Assembly: GCA_000004695.1 (NCBI GenBank)
Contig: CM000151.3
Span: 352,001-416,000 of the forward strand
From: Dictyostelium discoideum
Taxonomy: Eukaryota
Length of the DNA: 64,000 nt
Reading direction: 5' to 3'
Below, in pieces: positions 1 to 13,066 of the stretch (positions are counted from its first letter, which is position 1; every line of letters starts with the position of its first letter). Made by a program: the position numbers and the translations under genes. The notes beneath the pieces are model-generated. The model was not told the origin of the DNA, did no database searches, and was given only the letters and a program-made list of their open reading frames with translations.

Positions 1-2690
1 AAATCAATTAAAGAGATTGCTCAATCATTTTGTATATCAATAACTAAATTAAAAAAAGCAGAAATCATTGAAAAGATTAAATCAATAATCAAAAGAAAAA
101 GAGAATATGAAAAAGAACAAAAACAAAAACAAAATGTTAATTCATTTAATAAAATTATTAAATTGACAATTACAGATAATATTGAACCAATTGAAATATT
201 ATTTTGGAAATTATTTAGAAATAAAACAATTTATAAAAAGATATTCTCATTTATGGATAAACAATTCACAATAACATATGATTCAGTTTCATCAATAACA
301 AAACTAATAGATTCGAATCAATTTGGTATAATAAAAGAAAAAGTTATCAGAAATTGTAGATATTTATATTTCAATTCAAATCCATATTCAATTAATCTTA
401 CTCAAGATATGGAATATTTAGTGAAATTATTTTCAACGATTAATCAAGATGAAGATGAAGATGATGATGATGATGATTATTATAGATTCTATAGAAACTT
501 TTTTAAAATAGAGAATGATTATTACAAGTCATCTGGTGCTGTATCATGTGCACTAATTTTATCAAAGAAATTACAAGTTTTCAAATTATTTGTTAATGAA
601 TTCAATTATAAACCAACAAAAACAGATCTTTTGCATTCAATTTTTAATGGATCAAATAAATTCATTAAATATCTATTAGAATTAAATTCACCAAACTCAT
701 TTTTATTATTAGAAAAAGAGTGCACTGAAGTTATCAAAGATTTTAATCATTTCTATACTCATGGACTTGTTCAAAGAAATAGTTTTTACAAAGGATTGTT
801 ATGTTATTTAAATAGTATTGGTAATGATAATTATGATAGAAATCAGTACTTTGAATTATTAATAGATTGCGCTGATGAAGGAAATTATGAAATTAATGAA
901 AAATCAACATTAAAATCATTAATCACCACTGCTAGATTAATTTTAAAATTAAAAACACCGCCACCAGAACCGATAAAAGATGAAAAAGAAGATGAAGAAG
1001 AAAAAGAACTTTCAAAAAAGGTAATCAAACCAATTACAACAATTGATGAAATTGATAACTTTATAAAGAAAATTGATAAAGTTAATTTAAAATCATTATT
1101 AGATGATCCAATCATTTTCAATAATAATGAAATTAAAAATTTTATTAAGAAACTATTGATATTATCTCAACCGATATTTTATATCCTCCTAAGAATGAAG
1201 TTTGTAATTTAATTGAAATAGCATTTAGATTTGGAATTTATGAAATTTTAGAATCATATGTAACAAATAATAGAGAAATAAAGGAATATTTTGAAAGAGT
1301 ATTATCAAGAATCATTAAATATAAATGTAGAGATGATGATTTAAAAGTTTTATTTTCACATTGTTATGATAGAAATAAAAAGATTAAATTCATTGATCAA
1401 ATAGTTGGAAGAAACATTATACAAGCCGAACCTCAATTTCAGAGTTATTTCTTGTATTTACTTGTAATTCATAATGATATAGAGTTGGTAAAATATTATT
1501 CAAATAAAGTTGGTAATCACATACAAATACAGTATACCATATCATTACTTCCACCAACCTATTATATCGAATCAATAGAGACGTTAGAATTTTTATTTTA
1601 CAATCAATGTAATTACTTTAAAGATATTTTTTATAATGATTACATCAGTACATATTATAAAAATTTAGAATTATTAAAACATTTCGAATCATTATTCAAT
1701 AAATCAAAATCATTAAATCAATTAGGTAGTGGTAGTGTCAGTGGTAGTGATGGTAGTGATAGTAGTGATGGTAGTGGTAGTGGTAGTGGTAGTGGTATAC
1801 ATGCTTATAATGGCCTTGTTAGCTTTGTAATTGATGGATACTTTAAAGATAAAAGAAATTATTATTTGACATTTAAAAGAAATAATAATTATTCTGATTT
1901 TGTTAATCACTTTGCTTCAAATGCACAACTCTACTGTAATGATAAATTTCGTTTTGAACTTTTATTCACTACTTCAGATTTATCATTTAAACATTCAATC
2001 AACTTTCAAACATTAAGAAATTTAGTAATTAATGGACATGCTTTTGTGAAGGAGCCAAATAGTCAAACAGAATCTTATTCAAAGGAGCTTTTAAAATTTA
2101 TGGATTGGATATATACAAATTATAATAATGAATTGAAAAATGGTATATTTGGTTTCAAAACACAAAGATATAGATATCATTTACTCATTGCAATTGATAG
2201 CTTTGATTCCAACAACAACAACAACAGTATCGTTAATAAATACTTTAATGGTAATGAAGAAGAGAATGATGTTTATATTCAAAGATTAGGATTATTATTA
2301 AATGATGTCATCCTACTCACTCCATATTTATTTGAAATTAATAATTTGAAATTTTTAAATTGGTTCTTAACAATCATTCAAAAGTATCACAATTCTTCAT
2401 TATTAATTCCTACAGGTACATTTTATTATATTAAAAATATGGTTTTGATATTTGGGGATCATATTATACTTTATTCAAAATTACAAATACTTGAATACAT
2501 TCATCAAAATTTCAATTTCATTTTAAAGAAAGAATCAGATGGTGGAATATTAACTATTAAAGAATTAAAATCTTTTTTATTTTCATCACTTACCAGAGAT
2601 GCAGTTAAAATTTGTAAATTCCTTTTTCAATTCATTACCATTACAAAAAAAGAATTTGAAACATATTCAAATAAAAAATATAATAAATAA
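1..2690 (+). pseudogene. SAP-like-motif family paralog, 5' end outside window, frameshifted
   Basis: Frame 1 is open from nt 1 (KSIKEIAQSFCISITKLKKAEIIEKIKS...) to 1212. The homologous protein continues in frame 3 (IEIAFRFGIYEILESY...) to the stop at 2688-2690. Relative to intact paralog 6067..8898, about 80 nt are missing near 1150-1215, which causes the frame change. The gene has poly-Asn and an SGSGS repeat. Confidence 0.6.
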
Positions 2691-3092
2691 AATAAATATA
2701 ATTAATAATATTAAAAAAAAAAAAAAAAAACGAAATCAGGGAAGTTCCAAACAAAAAATCATATTTCTATTTTTTATTATTGTTTTTAATTCTTTACAAA
2801 CTATCATTTACTAATCGAAATTGATAGATTTGATTTCAATCGCTCCACTTGTGAATGTTGTTACTTACCTCGTGACGAAACTGTTGGACCAAACAGTAGA
2901 CATCATGATGCAATGGTAAATATCTTTGAAACATAATTAAAAACTAAATTATTTTTATCATATTGATTGATTATTATCATTATTATTATTTTTATAATTA
3001 ATTTTTAACCAATGTTCAAATGATTGATTATTATTTGAAATTGTTAATGATATAAAATTATACCACTTTTTTAAAACTAATATATTACATTT

Positions 3093-3134
<42 letters not shown>

Positions 3135-3406
3135 TGCACTTGATCAATATTTTTAATTTTTTTTTATTTCTTGCCCAGTTATTATTTAAAATAAAAAATT
3201 CATCTCGCTTGAGAAATACTATTTTTAATTTTTAATTTTTTCAAGTTACAACTGAAAAATTTAATTAAATTTGGCAATTTCTTATTTTTTAAGTTTTTGT
3301 CGCACTAAAAGAAGTTTTTTCATTTTTTTTTAAATTTTTTTTTAATTTTTTAATTTTTATTTGTTAATTTTTTCATTTTTTCTTTTTTGGACAGTATCAC
3401 ACAACA

Positions 3407-4592
3407 ATGAACAATAATATAGAGAATGATGATAGTATGGATGATGGTGAATTAGAGAAAAAGGATTTAAAATCAATTATAGAGATTGCTCAATCATATA
3501 GTATTTCAACAATTAGTTTAAATAAAGCAGAAATCATTGAAAAGATTAAATCAATAGTTAAAAGAAAAAGAGAATATGAAGAAGAACAAAAACAAAAACA
3601 AAATGTTAATTCATTTAATAAAATTAATAAATTAACAATTACAGATAATATTGAACCTACTGAAATATTATTTTGGAAATTATTTAGAAATATAGTAATT
3701 TATAAAAAGATATTCTCATTTATTGATAATCGATTCTCGTTAACATATGATTCAATGTCATCAATAAATAAATTAATTGATTCAAATCAATTTGGTATAA
3801 TAAAAGAAAAGGTTTATAGAAATTGTAGATATTTACTTTTGAATCCATTTACTATTACTTTAGAAATAGAATATTTATTGAAATTATTTTCAACAATTAA
3901 GAGTTGGTAAAATATTATTCAAATAAACTTGGTAATCACATACAAGCAAATGTTAACATATTATTACTTCCACCAACCTATTATATCGAATCAATAGAGA
4001 TGTTAGAATTTTTATTTTACAATCAATGTTATTACTTTAAAGATATTTTTTATAAGTTCAAAACGAAATTTATCATTACAGTAGAGTTGTGCATTTGAAA
4101 CAAAGTGATTTACAAAATCTGAATAATTCTTATTTCTTTTAAACATTTTGAATCATTATATCCACTGCTTTAGAATTATCATGTAAACATTCAATCAACT
4201 TTCAAACATTAAGAAATTTAGTAATTAATAGACATGCTTTTGTGAAGGAGCCAAATTATCAAACAGTATCTTATTCAAAAGAATTTTTAAAATTTATGGA
4301 TTGGATGTATACAAATTATAATAATGAATTGAAAAATGGTGGTTTCACTGAAGAAATACATCAATATCATTTACTCATTTCGATTGGTAGATTTGATTCC
4401 AACAACAACAATTACAACAACAACAACAACAACGACAGCATTAATAAATACTATAATGGTAACGAAGAAGAGAATGATGTTTATATTCAAAGATTACGAT
4501 TATTATTAAATAATGTTATCCAACTCACTCCTCATCTATTTGAAGTTAATAATTTTAAATTTTTAAATTGGTTATTAACATTCATTATTTAA
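3407..4592 (+). pseudogene. family paralog, internally deleted/fragmented
   Basis: The ATG at 3407 and the N-terminal 167 aa are colinear with paralogs, including the SAP-like motif and ILFWKLFRN. The remainder appears as three out-of-frame pieces (3904..4098, 4242..4592) with large internal deletions. Confidence 0.6.
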
Positions 4593-5521
4593 AAAGCAAA
4601 CATGGAGAACAAATCTTTTTTTTATTCATACTTCTTTTAATAATTTATTATATAATTTAATTATCTTGACAATATTTTCCACCCTGTGTTGTATCATATG
4701 ATTGTCCATTATTATTGCTATCATCAACCAATACACCATCATTTGAGGTTGAGTCACGATAACATTCCTCTATTTGGGTATTTTCTGATTCTTTGATTCT
4801 TTCAATGGTTTGTTGATCACGAGCATCTTGTCTGTTGGAAGAAGCATCTCTATTATTTGGATTACTATTGTTGGTTTCATCTCCTATTCCAAAGATATTT
4901 TGTACGACTTCAGCTCCCTTTTCAAAAACTACGTCTCTTACTAATAATAATTATTATTGTTAAGTTTAATAGTTAATAAATCTAATATTTAATGACTTGG
5001 AATTGAATATTTAATCCCATACTAATACATACTACCCATTTTTATTATTGATGATGATTTTATAGTTTAAATTATTTTGATAGAGGAATAAAATATATAT
5101 TTTTAATTTTAAATGATAAATTAATGAATGAATGTTTTTTTTTTATTTTTAATATTTTTTTTTTTTTTTATAAAATTAATAAAATAAATTTTCTTCGAAC
5201 TAATTATAATAATTAATTCAATTTTCATCACACAAAAGAAATTAACAGTTTGAAAATTTTCAAACGTCAAGTGTGGGTAAAATAAAAAAATACAAACAAG
5301 TAAAACAGATAAAAAAAAACTAACACTACTCAGGAGATATCTCCTGTGTTGTACAGTGTGTGGGGCGATGTTTTTTTTATTTATTTTTTTAATTAAAAAA
5401 AACTATTTGAATACCACAAAACTTAAAAATAAAGAAGCACTTGTGTGATGAATTTATCAGTTTTATGTTCAATTTTTTAGGGTATAAATAAAAATTGTAT
5501 TATGAAGAGTATTACATAAAT

Positions 5522-5567
<46 letters not shown>

Positions 5568-5786
5568 TAAAATTATTAATTAATTTAATTATTTATATAT
5601 TTGAAAAAAAAAACGATGTAATTTTTTAAAAAATTGGATGTTGAAATTGTTGAGGAAACGTTTTCATTGTGACTTATATAATTAGAAAAAAATACTTAGA
5701 TATAATAAAAAATTAAAAAAAAAAATTAAAAAAATATTCTATATTAAATAATAAATTTTTTTGTTATTTATTAATAATAAATTTTA

Positions 5787-5820
<34 letters not shown>

Positions 5821-6066
5821 TAAAAATTCATTTTTTAGAAAGTTATGAGTTTTATTTTGTAGTTCCGATAAAAAAAAAAAAAAAAACATTTGAGACCTGT
5901 CAATTATATTTGTTTTTATTTTTATAATTTATTTATTAAAGCACTAATAAATAAAAATAAAAATAAAATAAATAAAAAATAAAAATAAAATTAATAAAAA
6001 CACTTTTTTTTTTTTTCACATTTTCATTAATTTTTTTTTTTTTTTTTTGTAAGACAGTATTGCACA

Positions 6067-8898
6067 ATGAAAAATAATAATAAAAATAATAATAATAATA
6101 ATTTAGAAAATGAAAATGATATTGATGATAGTGAATTAGAAAAAAAGAGTTTAAAATCAATTAAAGAGATTGCTCAATCATATAGTATATCAACAACCAA
6201 TTTAAAAAAAGCAGAAATAATTGAAAAGATTAAATCAATAGTTAAAAGAAAAAGAGAATATGAAGAAGAACAAGAACAAAAAGAAAATGTTAATTCATTT
6301 AATAAAATTATTAAATTAACAATTACAGATAATATTGAACCCACTGAAATATTATTTTGGAAATTATTTAGAAATAAAGCAATTTATAAAAAGATATTCT
6401 CATTTATGGATAACCAATTCACAATAAGTTATGACTCAATAGATGATATATGTAAATTAGTAAATTCAAATCAAGTCAATTTAATAAGAGAAAAAGTTTA
6501 TAGAAATTGTAGATATTTACACTTCCATCCAAATCAGTATCATAACCATATTGCGGATATTCATTTTTTAGTGAAATTATTTTCAACAATTAAAGAAGAC
6601 GATTATAGATTCTATAGAAACTTTTTTAATGAAGAGAATGATTATTTTAGTTCACCAAATCATATAACACAAGCATCAATTATTTCAAAGAGATTACAAG
6701 TTTTTAAATTATTTGTAAATGAATTCAATTATGAACCAACAAAAAAAGATCTTCTATATTCAATTATTTCAGGTTCAAACAAATTCATTAAATATATATT
6801 AGAATTAAATTCACCAAATTCAGTTTTATTTGATAGAAAAATAGTTGATACTGATTTTAAAGATTTCTATGCTAAAGGATTTGGAAGTAATTATCCTACT
6901 AAAGAAGATAGTTTTTTCAAAGGGTTTTTATGTTTTTTAAATAACATTAACCTTGATGAAAATGATAGAGATCAATATTATAAGTTATTAATTGGTCAAT
7001 CCATTCATAACCCATATTCAGGTTATGGTTTTCAAATTAATGAAAAGTCAACATTAAAATCATTAATCACCACTGCTAGATTAATTTTAAAATTAAAAAC
7101 ACCATCCGCATCATACAAAGTACAATTTAAAGAAGAATGTTTCCCAAAAGTATTAAAAAAAATCGAAGCAGTCGCAACAATTGAAGAGATTGATAATTTC
7201 ATAAAGAAAATTGATAAAGTGAACTTAAAATCATTTTTAGATGATCCTATCAATTTTAATAATAGTGATGATAATAATGAAATTAAAAATTTTATAAAGA
7301 AATTATTAAAATTATATTATTTAAATTTTAGTATTGAACTATCAAATACTTTATACTTTTGTTATTATCATGAAGATTCCAATGATGATTATAAAGTTTT
7401 TCATTTTCATCATTTAATTGAAACTGCATTTAGATTTGGAAATTATGAAATTTTAGAATCATATGAAACAATCAATTGCCTACATTTTTTACCAGGAATT
7501 GGTCAAGATCATAGTAATCAAAATCACGATAGTCATCGTTATAAAGTTTTATTTTCACATTGTTTTAATAAAGGGAAAAAGATTAAATTCATTGATCACA
7601 TAATTCAAAGAACCATTCAACAACCAGAACCTGGATTTCAAATTTATTTCTTGTATATGCTTGTAATTCATAATAATATAGAGTTGGTAAAATATTATTC
7701 AAATAAAGTTGGTAAAAATATACAAGTAGAATCTATTGGAAGATTAACTCCACCAACCTATTATATCGAATCAATAGAGATGTTAGAATATTTATTTTAC
7801 AATCAATGTAATTACTTTAGAGATGTGTTTTTTGATGGCAAAAAAAGTACATTTTATAAAAATTTAGAATTATTAAAACATTTTGAATCATTATTAAATA
7901 AATCAAAATTAGGATGTGGTAGTGGTAATTGTAGTGGTATGCATTCTTATAATGGTCTTGTTAGCTTTATAAAAGGTATGGGCTTTGGAAGTGGTATATA
8001 TGGCTCTTTTGAGTATAAATCAAATAAGAATTATGTAGATTTTGCAAAACACTTTGCTTCAAATCCACAAATTTACAAGGGTTATACATTTGATTACGAG
8101 CATTTGTTTTTATTATTTACTACTCCTGTATCATCATCATCATCATTTTCATCTAAAATTTCAATTAACTTTGAAACTTTAAGAAATTTATTAATTAACG
8201 CATATTCTTTTGGAAGAAGCCCAATCTTTGAAAGATCAAAACCAACACACACACAACACCATTATTCAAGGGAATATTTAAAATTTTTTGATTGGATGTG
8301 TATAAATTATAGTCATGAAATTGGAGATCGAAGTTGTAGATTCTTGTATACAAATGAAGAAAGATATAAATACCATTTACTTATTGCAGTTGATAGAATA
8401 GATCTTGACAAAGATAATTATTATAATGGAGGTAATGATCAAGAGGAAGGAAATATTAGTGTTTATATTGAAAGATTGAATTCCTTAACATATGATGTCA
8501 TATATTTCACCCCATATTTATATGAAATTAATAATTTTAAATTTTTAAATTGGTTTTTAACAATCATTGAAAAGTATCACAATTCCAAATCAACATCATC
8601 TCATGATAAATCTATTATGGAGTCAATGGTTTTCACATTTATGGAATATATTACATTACATTCAAAATTACAAATACTTGAATACATTCATCATAATTTT
8701 CATTTCATTTTAAAGAAACAATCAGATGGTGGAATATTAAATATTGGAGAATTAAAATCTTTTATATTTTCATCACTTAAAAGAGATTCAATTAAAATTT
8801 CTAAATTCCTTTTTCAATTTATTACCATCACTAAAAATGAATTTGGTAAATATTCAAATGAAAAAACAAAATCATATTTTAAAAATATGTTTAAATAA
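6067..8898 (+). CDS. intact member of lineage-specific SAP-like-motif protein family (943 aa)
   Basis: True ATG at 6067. The single long ORF is colinear with the other paralogs: N-terminal LEKKSLKSIKEIAQSYSISTTNLKKAEIIEKIKS, KRKREYEEEQ, ITDNIEPTEILFWKLFRN, and the C-terminal block TPYLYEINNFKFLNWFLTII...GGILNI.ELKSF...FLFQFITITKNEF. The gene is intronless. Confidence 0.75.
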   Translation: MKNNNKNNNNNNLENENDIDDSELEKKSLKSIKEIAQSYSISTTNLKKAEIIEKIKSIVKRKREYEEEQEQKENVNSFNKIIKLTITDNIEPTEILFWKLFRNKAIYKKIFSFMDNQFTISYDSIDDICKLVNSNQVNLIREKVYRNCRYLHFHPNQYHNHIADIHFLVKLFSTIKEDDYRFYRNFFNEENDYFSSPNHITQASIISKRLQVFKLFVNEFNYEPTKKDLLYSIISGSNKFIKYILELNSPNSVLFDRKIVDTDFKDFYAKGFGSNYPTKEDSFFKGFLCFLNNINLDENDRDQYYKLLIGQSIHNPYSGYGFQINEKSTLKSLITTARLILKLKTPSASYKVQFKEECFPKVLKKIEAVATIEEIDNFIKKIDKVNLKSFLDDPINFNNSDDNNEIKNFIKKLLKLYYLNFSIELSNTLYFCYYHEDSNDDYKVFHFHHLIETAFRFGNYEILESYETINCLHFLPGIGQDHSNQNHDSHRYKVLFSHCFNKGKKIKFIDHIIQRTIQQPEPGFQIYFLYMLVIHNNIELVKYYSNKVGKNIQVESIGRLTPPTYYIESIEMLEYLFYNQCNYFRDVFFDGKKSTFYKNLELLKHFESLLNKSKLGCGSGNCSGMHSYNGLVSFIKGMGFGSGIYGSFEYKSNKNYVDFAKHFASNPQIYKGYTFDYEHLFLLFTTPVSSSSSFSSKISINFETLRNLLINAYSFGRSPIFERSKPTHTQHHYSREYLKFFDWMCINYSHEIGDRSCRFLYTNEERYKYHLLIAVDRIDLDKDNYYNGGNDQEEGNISVYIERLNSLTYDVIYFTPYLYEINNFKFLNWFLTIIEKYHNSKSTSSHDKSIMESMVFTFMEYITLHSKLQILEYIHHNFHFILKKQSDGGILNIGELKSFIFSSLKRDSIKISKFLFQFITITKNEFGKYSNEKTKSYFKNMFK

Positions 8899-9018
8899 AT
8901 AAATAATAAATTAAATTACTTTTTTTAAAAAATTGAATTTCTTATTTTGGAAATTGTGATTGAAAATAATTGTTTAATTTTATTTATTTATCTGATTTTA
9001 TTTTATATTTTTTTTTTT

Positions 9019-9240
9019 TTACCACTTCACTATCAGCGCTACCACCACAACTTCAATCAGCGCCGCCACCACTTCTACTATAAGCGCCACCACCACTTCT
9101 ACTATCAGCACTAACACCACAACTTTAATCAACGCTACCACCACAACTTTAATCAGCGCTAACACCACTTCTACTATAAGCGCCACCACCACTTCTACTA
9201 TCAGCACTACTACTTCTATTAGAACTACCACTATAAACAC
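9019..9240. repeat. 24-bp minisatellite (about 9 units: cagcgctaccaccacaacttcaat variants)
   Basis: Direct tandem repetition is visible in the sequence. A plus-strand frame would read (ISATTTSTIS)n. Confidence 0.8.
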
Positions 9241-9761
9241 CCCATTTCTATTATTATACTGCAGTTACTGTCACTGTTATTATCACTGTTGCTATTACTA
9301 TTATATTCAGTAATACGATTCCCAATGCTATTTTAAATAATTCTTTAATGTTATTACCAAAATGATGCTCATAAATTAATGATTTTAATAATTCTCTGAA
9401 TCTTTTTAACCAACATTTTAGTGAAAATGAAAAAAAAAAAATAAAAAAAAATAAAAAAAAAAAAAATAACCACAAGTCAGCAAAATTATAGTGCGTTTTG
9501 AGCAAATTAATCATAAAAAAAAAAATTAAAAAAACTCACCCAAGTCAAACAAAAAAAAAAAAAAAAAAAAAAAAAATAAAAAAAGGGTTTAAACTCGCCA
9601 TAAAATATTAAAAAACTTTCTAAGTTAATTATTATGAATATTTTTTTTTTATTTTAAAAATTTAAAACTATACAATAAAAATATTTTATACTAAAATTTT
9701 TTTGAAAATAAAATAAATTGAATTTTATTTATTTATTTATTTTTATTATTATTATTATTAA

Positions 9762-9810
<49 letters not shown>

Positions 9811-9836
9811 AATAAAAAAGGCAACTAAATGGCCGA

Positions 9837-10700
9837 TTACTCTGAATCAATATCAATTATTGTTGGTGATTCACCAATAATTACACAATCATCATCATCA
9901 TCACTGAATATGATGGATAAGTCATCTCGAAGCTCAATCATCAAGCCTATAAAGCATTTGACCACCTTTTGATCATTTGTTATAAAAGGTGGTATATTAT
10001 TGATGATTGAGTGACACTTTCCCATTTTTGTGAGAATAAATTCTGATGATTCTTTATACTGATCATAGTGAAGTGAAGCGAGGTGATTACTGAATACATG
10101 GATATCGCCACATTTATAACAACTCTTGTTTCTATTTGCATATACTAACTTTGTCATTATACCAATAATATAAACAATTGAGTTAACACATAATAATGTT
10201 TTATCTTCTTTAAGATTGTTAAAATAACCCAACACACTATTGTACTGGTCTACATCTGAGATCAATTTACTCATCATAAATGACCCTTTGGTGCCTTCAG
10301 ATTTTGAAAAAATCGAAGAATCACCACAAAGGCATTTTTTTGTTTGTGATGAGGAGGTTGTTGGGGACATAAATGATGAATGTGATGAAGTTGAGGTAAT
10401 TGTTGTTGTTGAAGAAGAGGATGTAGATATTGATGGTTTGGTTAATGAAGAGGTGGTAAATGTTGTTGTTGTGGTGTTTGTTGTGGGTTTCAAATACTCT
10501 TCATTACTTGATTGGTTGTTTTCAAACAAAAGGTGCATGGAGCCAATATTTACAACTTCAACTTCTTTTTCTTCAATGTTATCTGGTGATAGGATGGCCT
10601 TAAGCTCATCACTGATCTTACCAGCAAAACTTTTTTCACCCACGGTTCTGATTTTATCTATAAAAAAATTAATAAATAAATTTATTATTATTATTATTAC

Positions 10701-10749
<49 letters not shown>

Positions 10750-11197
10750 ATTTATATATAAAATTATATATTTACCAAGTCTCAATCTCTTTTTATCTCT
10801 AATGTCTTTTTCTTCTTTTTCTTTTTCAATTTGTTTATCCAATTTGAATTTGTCCTTGTCCAATTTTAATTTCTCTTTTTCAAGCTTAATTCTAAGCTTT
10901 TCTTGTTGTTCTTGAATTTTTGATTGATTTCTTTTCTCCCTGTCCGAGAAAATTCTTTCGGTCTCTTTTGCTATATATAAAAAAAAATTAATAAATTATT
11001 ATTATAAGTATAATTATCTATATTATAAACAAATTACCTTTTAACATTGTTTTATATTCCTTTGGATGAAAGGAACAACTCAAACAAATTTCATATCCTG
11101 GGCATGGTTGGCATGGTGTAGCACCCCTTCTTTTTTGGCTGGTACAATTGCTATTGAGTTTGTGACATGATTTACAATATAGTTTGGTTGAGTCCAT
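9837..11197 (-). CDS. hypothetical 3-exon gene: Cys-rich N-terminus, coiled-coil, C2H2-like C-terminus
   Basis: Exon 1 is 11197..11038 (ATG at 11197; MDSTKLYCKSCHKLNSNCTSQKRRGATPCQPCPGYEICLSCSFHPKEYKTMLK; GTAATT donor). Exon 2 is about 10961(or 10969)..10776, encoding a K/E-rich coiled-coil (...KLRIKLEKEKLKLDKDKFKLDKQIEKEKEEKDIRDKKRLRL) with a GTAAAT donor. Exon 3 is 10657..9837 (TAA at 9839-9837) and contains CYKCGDIHVFSNHLASLH. The exact intron-1 acceptor and phase are unresolved. The two introns are AT-rich, about 70 and 118 nt. Confidence 0.5.
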
Positions 11198-11835
11198 TAT
11201 AAAATAATGAAAAATGATTTTAAAAAATAATTAATAAATAAAATAAATATGAAAAAAAATAATAGATAAATAAAATATGAGTGAATAAAATAATTAAAGT
11301 TTTAAAAAAAACAATTTAAATACTTAAAATATTTCATTGTAACTGAGTTATCTTTGTTTTGATAAAAGATTTTATTTTTATTTTATTTTATTTTTCTTTT
11401 TTTAATTTAAAAAAAAGTGGGGGAAAATATCTCCAACTGTTTTAAATTTAATTTTTTGAATATGGGGTTAGAATCGGTAATATAAGTAGAGCTGCTCGTG
11501 AAAATGGTTTGACCAGAAATCAACTCAATTATTACCGTAGAGATATCAAAGATAATAGAATTAGACAATCCCATGGCGGCTCCAGATCTCCACGTACATT
11601 TACTACAGAACAGTATGAACTCTTGGTGGCAACTGTGGTAGCAATGGTTAATGTCCGACCTAATCTCACAATGAGGGAGATCGCCCAAGAAATTAACTCA
11701 GATCAAAATAGTATTTTTTATAAAAAGGTCAACAAATCGAGGATATGTTCAATATTCAAAGAATTGAAATGGAATTACCACTCTCCAACCTATAAACAAG
11801 TAAGTAAAAAAGTTTTAATATATTAAATAACTAAC

Positions 11836-11843
11836 TATTTGTT

Positions 11844-11907
<64 letters not shown>
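11836..11907. repeat. poly(T) tract of about 72 nt inside the transposase intron
   Basis: A homopolymer is visible in the sequence. Confidence 0.9.
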
Positions 11908-11908
<1 letters not shown>

Positions 11909-12172
11909 GAAAATAAATACAAAACTGAAAATTTATTAAAATTATTTTATTTTAATACAATAATTTACAATACTGATTGGAAAAACATTTATTTTTTAGA
12001 TGAATGCTCATTTTCTTCTAGAGGTATTATATTTTATTATTTTAGATGAATATAAATATTTATACTAATTTTTTTTTTTTTTTTTTTTTTAAAAATATTT
12101 TTAATTAAATAATTGTCTTTCTTTCCATCCATTCTGAATTCCACTATTAACATTATAAGGTAATTATATAAC

Positions 12173-12285
<113 letters not shown>

Positions 12286-13066
12286 TTAAAAATAATTAAT
12301 TAAAACTAATAAGGTTTTTTATTAGAATTAAGGAGATCTAAAGCTGTTGGACCGATTGGAGAGCCGGTTTATGTTACCAATAGCACCAGCATTTCTGAGA
12401 CCTACAATGGGTTTTTCACCATCAGTTTGGATGATTGTTTGTATAAAATCCGTGATAAAACCAATAATACTGAAGACTTCTTTCAATATGTTAGAGAACT
12501 TTTGGAAAGTGGATTTTGCAAGCCTGGTTCATTATTGGTAATGGACAATGCTCCAATTCACGGTGGTATCGAAGCTTTAAATGCACTATTTGAATTGTTT
12601 AATCAATATTCCGTTCAATTGATATTTCTTCCTTCCTATTCTCCAGAGTTGAATCCCATTGAGCGTTTCTTTGGCTATATCAAGAACCATTTCTACCGAG
12701 AACGTAATTCCCATGGGTCCTTCCTTGATGAGATTATTGACACTATCGATAATTCTCTCATTAAAAACAAAGAACTGTTCATTGGATTTTATCGCCAAAG
12801 CCTAAACTTCTGGTCTGAAAAAAAAAGAAATCAATACCAAAGAAAAAGGTGAAAAAAGAAAAAATAATAAAAAAAAAAAAATAATAAAAAAAAAAAAACA
12901 AATAAAAAAAAAAAAAAAAAAAAAAGTGTTTGATTTGAAAAATTTAAAAAAAAAAATTAAAAAGTGTTTGATTTGGCTAATCCGCACAATAACAAATCTT
13001 CAACCCCTCTCAAAAAAAAAAAAAAAATGAAAATAAAAAAAAAAAGTGAAAATAAAAATAAAAATA

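Noticed and set aside
1722-1910. Minus ORF of poly-Thr
   Set aside because: It is antisense to the (GS)n-coding repeat of the family gene.
9019-9514. Minus-strand ORFs 9019..9240 (VVVLIEVVV...) and 9254..9514
   Set aside because: The first is the antisense reading of a 24-bp minisatellite and consists only of V/L/I/E/A residues. The second is low-complexity Phe/Leu from poly(T)-rich DNA. Neither has supporting features.
11991-12024. Possible transposase mini-exon reading DECSFSSR (a DE..F motif like the Tc1 first-D region)
   Set aside because: The frame that gives this motif would include the acceptor AG itself. The splice-consistent frame reads MNAHFLLE, so I could not support the exon.
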